From NCBI RefSeq assembly GCF_009914755.1, contig NC_060925.1: a stretch of DNA of 64,000 nt; one strand, written 5' to 3'. Numbering within the stretch: the first letter of the stretch is position 1; every line of letters begins with the position of its first letter. Position numbers and translations under genes: made by a program. Below are positions 57,342-64,000 of the stretch, in pieces. This DNA is from the human T2T-CHM13v2.0 reference genome, Homo sapiens. Below the pieces are notes generated by a model. It did no database searches. It was given only the letters and a program-made list of their open reading frames with translations, and had not been told where the DNA came from.

Positions 57342-58709
57342 AGAGTCAGGATTGAAGAAAGAGAAAGACAGAGAGCAATGCTAATGAAGGTCAGTGGTTA
57401 ATACCATTCCAAAACCTGGGATAAGTAATTGGGTTTCTTAGTGGCTTCTAGATTACCCATTCATTTTCTGTCCTCTGGTGTCAGAAGCAGTTCTGTGTTA
57501 TACATTCTTGAGGTAGCTGACTCCACCACACTCACACACAAACACAAAAAAACCTGTCCTAGGTGGTTGGGGCACATACAAAAAATAATTAACAGGATTT
57601 AACACCCCAAGCCCCACAAATTAGCTGATGTTCACACTTTCTTCAGCCATGTAGGCATCATTCCAGTGACATGTGGGTTTGATTTCTTTGGTTAATACAA
57701 ACCTAACAATTGAAAAGTATCTGTAAGAGTTGGAAGTAAGAAGGTAAGAGGACGTGACACAGTTTTAGTGCCCCTTCCCATCTACAAAGGCCTGATTCAC
57801 AAGGACAGACTTGCCAAGCCAGGCTTCCCTCTGTCCTGTTGCCTTGGAAACAGCAAGGGCCTGGCCATCCTTGCTTCCCCCTGCATCCCCAGCATGGACA
57901 TAGTGCCTGGCACATGGAACAATTGCATCTTAATGAATAAATGGTTAGCCCAGGATAACAACTCCACATAGTCTTTCTTCTCTGCTATTAGGGACCTGAG
58001 CTGAAATCCCTCTCTCAGGCTTTCTGGGGCTGCTTCTGTCTGAGTGATACCAGCTTGAAGGGATTCTCCTCCTGGGAAGGGCTGGACTCCTCTGGCCCTC
58101 CTTAGTTACTAGCCCGTGCACATCTTGTGATCCCAGAGAGTCAGGACCATGGTTTAAGAGAGAGAACATCGGTTTCCACACCTGTGTCTTCTAGTGATGC
58201 AGCATGACTCCCCAAGGTCTTGGGATGTTCTAAGGCTTTTATTAAATAGTGGAACCATGGCTAAATTTCATGGCTGAGATTTAAAATGTGCCATCTTCAG
58301 GACTAGCTTGCCTATTTCCATTTCTCTCACTCAAAAGTCTTTTTTAATGTATTTTTAGGGGAAAAGTAAAAATTATATATATGTACAGTGTACAATGTGA
58401 TGTTTTGATATATGAATATATTGTGGGATGACTAAATCAAGCTATTTAATACATGTATTACCTCACATATGTATCATTTTTGTGTGGCGAAAACACTTAA
58501 AATCTACTCATTTAGCAATTTTCATGTCACATATTGTTATTAACTATAGTCAACATGACTTCCAGTGGATTCCTTGAACTTATTCCTCCTGTCTCTTTCA
58601 ACCAAGAGCTTATGACACTGGGTGGCAAGTGCCACTACTTGCCTCCAACTTTTTTCAACTTCCTATTCCATATTTCTAAGAGTGTGTCTTGCCCTAGTAT
58701 TCAAAGCCC

Positions 58710-58915
58710 ATCTCCATGGAGCACCCAACGACTGTTGACCACGCATTTTGTGCCAAACACTTGCACATACTTTAAATAAGTTGTCCATTTTAATCCTTAC
58801 AACTGACATGCAGAATGGTGCTGTTACCCTCTTTAGCAGGTGAGAAAATTGAAGTGCAAAAACATCTGGTTCCTAAGGTCACCCAACTGGTAAAAGGCAG
58901 AGCCTCAGTCTGAGC
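58710..58915 (-). mobile_element. MIR relic
   Basis: CATTTTAATCCTTACAAC...GGTGAGAAAATTGAAG...AAGGTCACCCAACTGGTAA. Confidence 0.7.
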
Positions 58916-59835
58916 ACCACTTGGGAATTTTTTAAAGATGAGCTCCATCCTTTGCCAGGTATGGGAAGCAGCCAAGTCTGTATCCCGTGCCACCCTTCTT
59001 TGTCCTGGAACTTCTAACAGAAGTTAGGAGGAAGAGCCAGGACTGGGGCCCCAGGAGCTCAGAACCCAGAATCCAGTCACTGTGACTCCTCCATGAGCTC
59101 ACTCTAATGCAATGCTTCTTAGCTTCCCCCACCCCCTCCACCTTATGATAATCATTTCCCTGGGAACCCTGGAGTCATATGGATATGTGATATATGTAGG
59201 GAGATTTAGAGATAAGCACTATCTACTGTAACCAACCAGTTTCCCCGAATGGGGCCTAACGATTTTCCCAATAGCAGAACAGACAGAGAGTGGCAGCTGC
59301 CATTTCTTGTATAAATAACAATAGGTAAAAAATGAAAGCCTCTTGTCTTGTCTTCCCACCAGTTCAAGCTGAATGTGACTCTGAGCCTAGGTCAAGTCAA
59401 AGTCACAACTTTGCTGAGGGTGGTGGGTTTCCAAGAGAGCCATCTGCCCCCTCAGCTGTTTTCTTATGTTACCTGCATAAGCTGCCTGTCCCATCCCCTC
59501 CTCTCTGCCAACCAGAACATCCCAGAACACTGCCCTCACACCCCCACACCCAGCATGGTCGGAATGCTTGCTTGGGACCATCCTAGATGCCAGGGATCTA
59601 AGTCAAAAGTCATGAGTGGGTTTGGAAATCCAAGGAAGCCAGTCCTCGTAAAATGATGGGGAGATGAGGCAAGGGGAGGGTGAAGGCACTGTCATCTCCA
59701 AATCCCGCCATACCAGCCCTGGGGGTGAGTAAAACTTAAAATTTGAGGAAGGACAGGTGGATCCTATTGTGACTAGGGACTAATTAGGACACCCCAATCC
59801 TGGGCCACCTCATGGCCTCAGGCAGGGATGAGAGG

Positions 59836-59844
59836 TATATAAAA
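59836..59844 (+). promoter_or_regulatory. SPRR5: TATA box of the SPRR5-like gene
   Basis: TATATAAAA ~70 nt upstream of a GTAAGT donor; AP-1-like TGAGTAA at 59726-59732 and CACCC boxes at ~59537-59551 upstream. Confidence 0.85.
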
Positions 59845-59867
59845 GGTAGATAGGCTCAGAGCATCCC

Positions 59868-59910
59868 AAACCCCTCCACACCTATCTGCTCCAGTCGCTG
59901 GTGAACCTTG
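59868..59910 (+). other. SPRR5: SPRR5-like exon 1 (non-coding); intron 59911-61198
   Basis: Donor TTG|GTAAGT at 59911; acceptor TTTCTGTGTCTTTCTGTTTCCAG| ending at 61198; TSS position inferred from the TATA box. Confidence 0.8.
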
Positions 59911-60579
59911 GTAAGTCTGGAAAGGTAGTACCTCTTATAGCAGCCTTGCCTTGCCTGCATCCCTAACCAACTATGGACTGGGCTGATTCTCTGGGTGGTG
60001 GTCAGAAAGGATGGGTCTTTTGGGGTACCTCTTTTTTCCATATCATTTGTGACAAACCTATCTTGGGTCCAGCAAGTTATCCAGCAGAGTAGTGTGGGAG
60101 GCTGGGCTGAGCAGGGAGAAGGAGGGGGGTATCTACAAGAGGGTCAGTATCTCAGCGATGCTGCTGGCATGGTGTGGGTGTTGCATCTTGTCAGGTGCTA
60201 AGAGGGAATTAGTAGGAGAGGAGAGACCAGTTCTGGGCAGAGCAACTGGAAGGACTGTCCTTTCAAAGAAAAGAGAAGGCAGGAAGGAAAGAGAACAGAC
60301 TCCCTTGGGACAGCAGAGTTGTGGATGTCCATGGAGCAAAGGGCTGCAGGGACAAGACGATGTGGCACCATGGAAGGCTCTGCTCTGGGAATCAGGAGAC
60401 CTCTTTTCCCACCATCTATGCCGAGTGGCTTTGAAGCCATTCCTTCCCTCTGAGGTTTGCTTTCCTCAACTGTAATTGAGAGAGGCAAGCTAGATAGTCC
60501 ATTTCATCTATCTCTAGAGTTTTCTCTTTATAAACTCCTTTAGAGAGTGGTTAAGATGCGCCTTTTAAATTGTTTATGA

Positions 60580-60840
60580 ATTTACTTAACAAATTACAAC
60601 TCTTATATAGTGTTCATTTTGTGCTACTACTCTGCATGTGTGTGTCGGTACATACATACCTACGTATGCATGCATATTTTAAGTATGTATTTTATATACT
60701 CATTTAATTTTTGCACCAACTCTAAGAGAGGTAAGTATGGAAAACCTTAGTTGCTCAAAATCATATAGTTAATAAATGATTTAGCCAGAACTCAGATCCC
60801 AGGCAATTTATTCCAGATGCCACAGGTTTTGCTATAATAG
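60580..60840 (-). mobile_element. MIR relic in the intron
   Basis: CTCATTTAAT...AGGTAAGT...TTGCTCAAAATCATATAGTTAATAAATGA...AGAACTCAGATCCCAGG. Confidence 0.6.
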
Positions 60841-61216
60841 GATACAACAGTCTGCTCTTTCATTCTTCCTCTTTTTTTTCCTCTCTCTCCCTTTTCTTTT
60901 TTTATGTTTTTCTTTCTTTTCAACCCCTCCTAACATTTCTGTTTTCCCTCCCTTCCTCCTTTCCTATCTTTCCTTCCTTCCATGTTTCTTTGTCTTGAAA
61001 AGAGTTGAAATAACTTGTAAACACTTAAAGTTTACACATGCGCGCGCGCACACACACACACACACTCCTCTTAAATCTGTGAAGGGATCAGGGCAAGGTA
61101 AAAGCAGAGCAGGACAGGAATGTGGCAGGGGGTTCACCTGGGCTTAGGGTCTCTCTATGGCTCAAGTGTTCCTCATTTCTGTGTCTTTCTGTTTCCAGTT
61201 GCAAGTCCAGCCCAGA

Positions 61217-61522
61217 ATGTCTCAGCAGAAGCAGAAGCAGTGTGCTCCCCCGCAGCAGTGCTGCCCCCCACCCCAGCAGTGCTGCCCCCCGCCTCAACAG
61301 TGCTGCCCCCCACCCCAGCAGTGCTGCCCCCCGCCTCAACAATGCTGCCCCCCTCCCCAGCAGTGCTGTCCCCCACCCCAGCAGTGCTGCCCTCCACCTC
61401 AGCAGTACTGCCCCCCACCCCAACAGACCAAGCAGCCTTGCCAGCCCCCACCCAAGTGCCAGGAGCCCTGTGCCCCCAAGTGCCCACCCCCTCAGCAGTG
61501 CCAGACGTCCAAGCAGAAGTAA
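61217..61522 (+). CDS. SPRR5: Small proline-rich protein, 101 aa, Cys/Pro/Gln-rich (SPRR5)
   Basis: MSQQKQKQCAPPQQ(CCPPPQQ)7YCPPPQQTKQPCQPPPKCQEPCAPKCPPPQQCQTSKQK. SPRR-type head, KQPCQPPP and PKC.EPC motifs, and KQK* tail; ATG 18 nt into exon 2; located ~39 kb downstream of the IVL TSS. Confidence 0.9.
   Translation: MSQQKQKQCAPPQQCCPPPQQCCPPPQQCCPPPQQCCPPPQQCCPPPQQCCPPPQQCCPPPQQYCPPPQQTKQPCQPPPKCQEPCAPKCPPPQQCQTSKQK
61259..61426 (+). repeat. SPRR5: Coding 21-bp tandem repeat, 8 units
   Basis: Consensus TGCTGCCCCCCACCCCAGCAG. Confidence 0.95.
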
Positions 61523-61873
61523 GCCCTGGGCATGTGATCAGAGGTGAACCCCCAGGAAAAACAGAGCATGAAGTTCCTTCTGGGCCAGCATCTTACACTC
61601 CACAGGCCAAGCAAAGCCCTGCTCACCAGTGCTTCTGGATGCAGCCACACTTCACACTTGCAGGAGAGGCAGCACCAGGCTGGCAGCTGGCGGCTTCCTC
61701 GAGCTCTACTCTTCTTAATTAGCAGCTGCAGTTTCCATCTCAGACAAGGATCTGGTTCTAAACTATCTAATCATCTTTCCTGACATGCATCTACATTGCC
61801 CTGCTGGAAACATGAGCGGCATGCACAGGCATCTTCTCCTACCACGCTTCCCCTCAGCTCCTGTTTTCAAACA

Positions 61874-61879
61874 ATTAAA
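61874..61879 (+). terminator. SPRR5: Probable SPRR5 poly(A) signal ATTAAA
   Basis: Variant hexamer ~350 nt after the stop, followed by GT/T-rich TGTCTTGGTCTGATGATTTTGTTGTTT. Confidence 0.7.
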
Positions 61880-61929
61880 ACAGAATTCCTCTGGCATGAA
61901 TGTCTTGGTCTGATGATTTTGTTGTTTGA

Positions 61930-62250
<321 letters not shown>

Positions 62251-64000
62251 GCATTTCTGCAGATTTTTTTATCCTGCCCCCAACCCAAAACTTAAGCAGA
62301 GCCAAGTGTGGGATGCAGGTGCAGGAGAAGGCACGGGGAGGAGCCTTCTGAGATGCCCAGACATTTACAAGGCTCGTACCAGGAAAAGAGGTGGGGACTT
62401 CTGCAACACAGACGCACACCACATTCACAGAAAATGAAGATGCAGGAAAGAACCACGGGGAGACAGTGCTCACCCAGAGAACATGTGCAAGGAAAAGCAT
62501 TCTCCTAGGCCCAGACAGAGCAACAGAGCCTGCCAAAAAGACCTGCGCAGTAGAGGAAAAGGATTGAGGGAGGTAAGTTCTAACTCAGAGAGCACACTCT
62601 AAGGGCTGAAAAGAGTTGAGATAAGGCCTTAAAAATTCTCCCATAGGTAAAAGAAAAAGCCAAAGTTTCTTCAAGCTAATCAAGTATGTAATTAGGAGAC
62701 AGTCTATGCAAACACTGCATACCCAACACACACACCCGACAGTAAATATTTGATCAAAATATCAGCTCCCATTATTTCTGTTTGGGGATTCTCTTGAACA
62801 ATTTCCCCCCACTGCCATCCTGCTTTCAATTCTCTAAATTACTGGGGGATTGAAGTGACCAAATAATGCAGACCCACAGGGAATCCAAACTTCTGGTTTC
62901 TGCTATTTCAAATACCCTCTCCCAAGTTTCTCCACTAGACCCCTCTCTTACAAAATAGTCCACAGATTGATATATTAGAATCTCCTCCTATACCTGCCTC
63001 CCCTTTCATGCCTCTGGGCACCAGGGAAGCCACTGAGAACCAGCAGAAGTACGCAAACGAAGCCAGAGAAGACAATAATATAAACTAAAAATCTAGATTA
63101 TCCCAACATATGTTACAGACACTGGAGAATGCAAAGTTAAAAACCAAAACTTTTACCATTGCTTCCCAGACGGGTGTGCTCTTCTTCCTCCATCATACCT
63201 CTTTCTGCGCCTTTCAGGTCTCATCTATTCATCCATCCATCCATCCATTTATCCATCATCCACCATGCATCAATGCACCCCTATTAAGCACCCTCTCTTG
63301 TTTGCTCATAATGTGGTGGACACTATGAAGATACACAGGGTTCTGGGTCTCACCCAAGATTATAAAGAACAATTAGACAAGGAAGCATCTAATGAAGGGA
63401 TGATGGATGGTACAATACCTCACTTATGCCCTCAGAATTCAGAGGAGACAGACAGAATGAGAACAGTAAGAGCTGTTGAGGGTAGGAAGGAGAACTTGGT
63501 CCTCTCTGTAGTCATAGCACCTACCACAGGGCTCCCAGGGACTTGCCTGTTCAGTGATGAATACCTAGAGAAGGTGCAGTTTCTAGTGGAAGGACAGTAG
63601 GATTTGGCTAGGACAGAGAGCATCCCAGAACTGGATACAGCAGGAGCCAATGCTGTGGGATCCAGGTGTGCCCAGGAGGGCCAGCCCTCCGGTATATATC
63701 GAAGCCCCAGGACCAAGTGGTTGGAAAGTACGGCTGCTCACATCTGCTGTATACCACAGAAATTTGGGGGATGGCTCCACTTTTGTGACCCTACTTCTCC
63801 TAACTCTTTTCCCAAGATATTGCATTCATCAGAAACTCAAGTCTTAGATACAGAAAACCAGTGAAAAGTTAAGTAAATCTTAACTGAACTCCCAGGAAGT
63901 GATGTAAAGTTTTAAACATTTTCCCCTATTCAGATATATCATTGAGCAGTCTCCAAATGTCTCTTTGCTCTAGTTCCATATGTTATCTTTCCCAGATTTC

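Noticed and set aside
60706-60725. TTTTTGCACCAAC resembling an Hsmar1/MADE1 TIR
   Set aside because: Short match embedded in a MIR-like context; no partner TIR or TA TSD.
61157-61216. Signal-peptide-like extension MAQVFLISVSFCFQLQVQPR on SPRR5
   Set aside because: The ATG is intronic, and the hydrophobicity simply reflects translation of the polypyrimidine tract.
61088-61722. Alternative-frame and antisense ORFs over SPRR5 (200, 141, 111, 104 aa)
   Set aside because: Shadows of the 21-bp repeat; unit variation is synonymous only in the CCPPPQQ frame.
63675-63700. GGAGGGC-CA-GCCCTCC hairpin followed by TATATA
   Set aside because: Short enough to occur by chance; no downstream exon or ORF evidence in the window.

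Overview
Human-type (primate) genomic DNA from the epidermal differentiation complex (EDC, 1q21.3 by recognition of the genes). It contains two + strand genes with the same simple architecture: TATA box, ~43-nt non-coding exon 1, ~1.2-1.3 kb intron, and a single coding exon starting MSQQ. The first is involucrin (IVL, CDS 22446-24203, 585 aa, 39 ten-codon repeats) with its AP-1/Sp1 distal and AP-1 proximal elements. The second is a 101-aa Cys/Pro/Gln-rich small proline-rich protein gene (best match SPRR5, CDS 61217-61522) built on a 7-aa CCPPPQQ repeat. Most of the rest is nested transposable elements: an ancient near-full-length L1 containing Tigger1 and Alus, a near-full-length Hsmar1, L2/MIR relics, an ERVL provirus relic with MLT2/L1/Alu/MER47A insertions, a young AluYa5, an L1PA2, and an L1PA3 with a twin-priming inversion. 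The most notable unexplained structure is a ~1.76-kb non-L1, TSD-flanked, polyadenylated retro-insertion (42726-44484). A minus-strand TATA, exon and splice donor at ~46 kb could use it as a terminal exon. Repeat family names are from recalled consensus sequences, and boundaries of old repeats are approximate.
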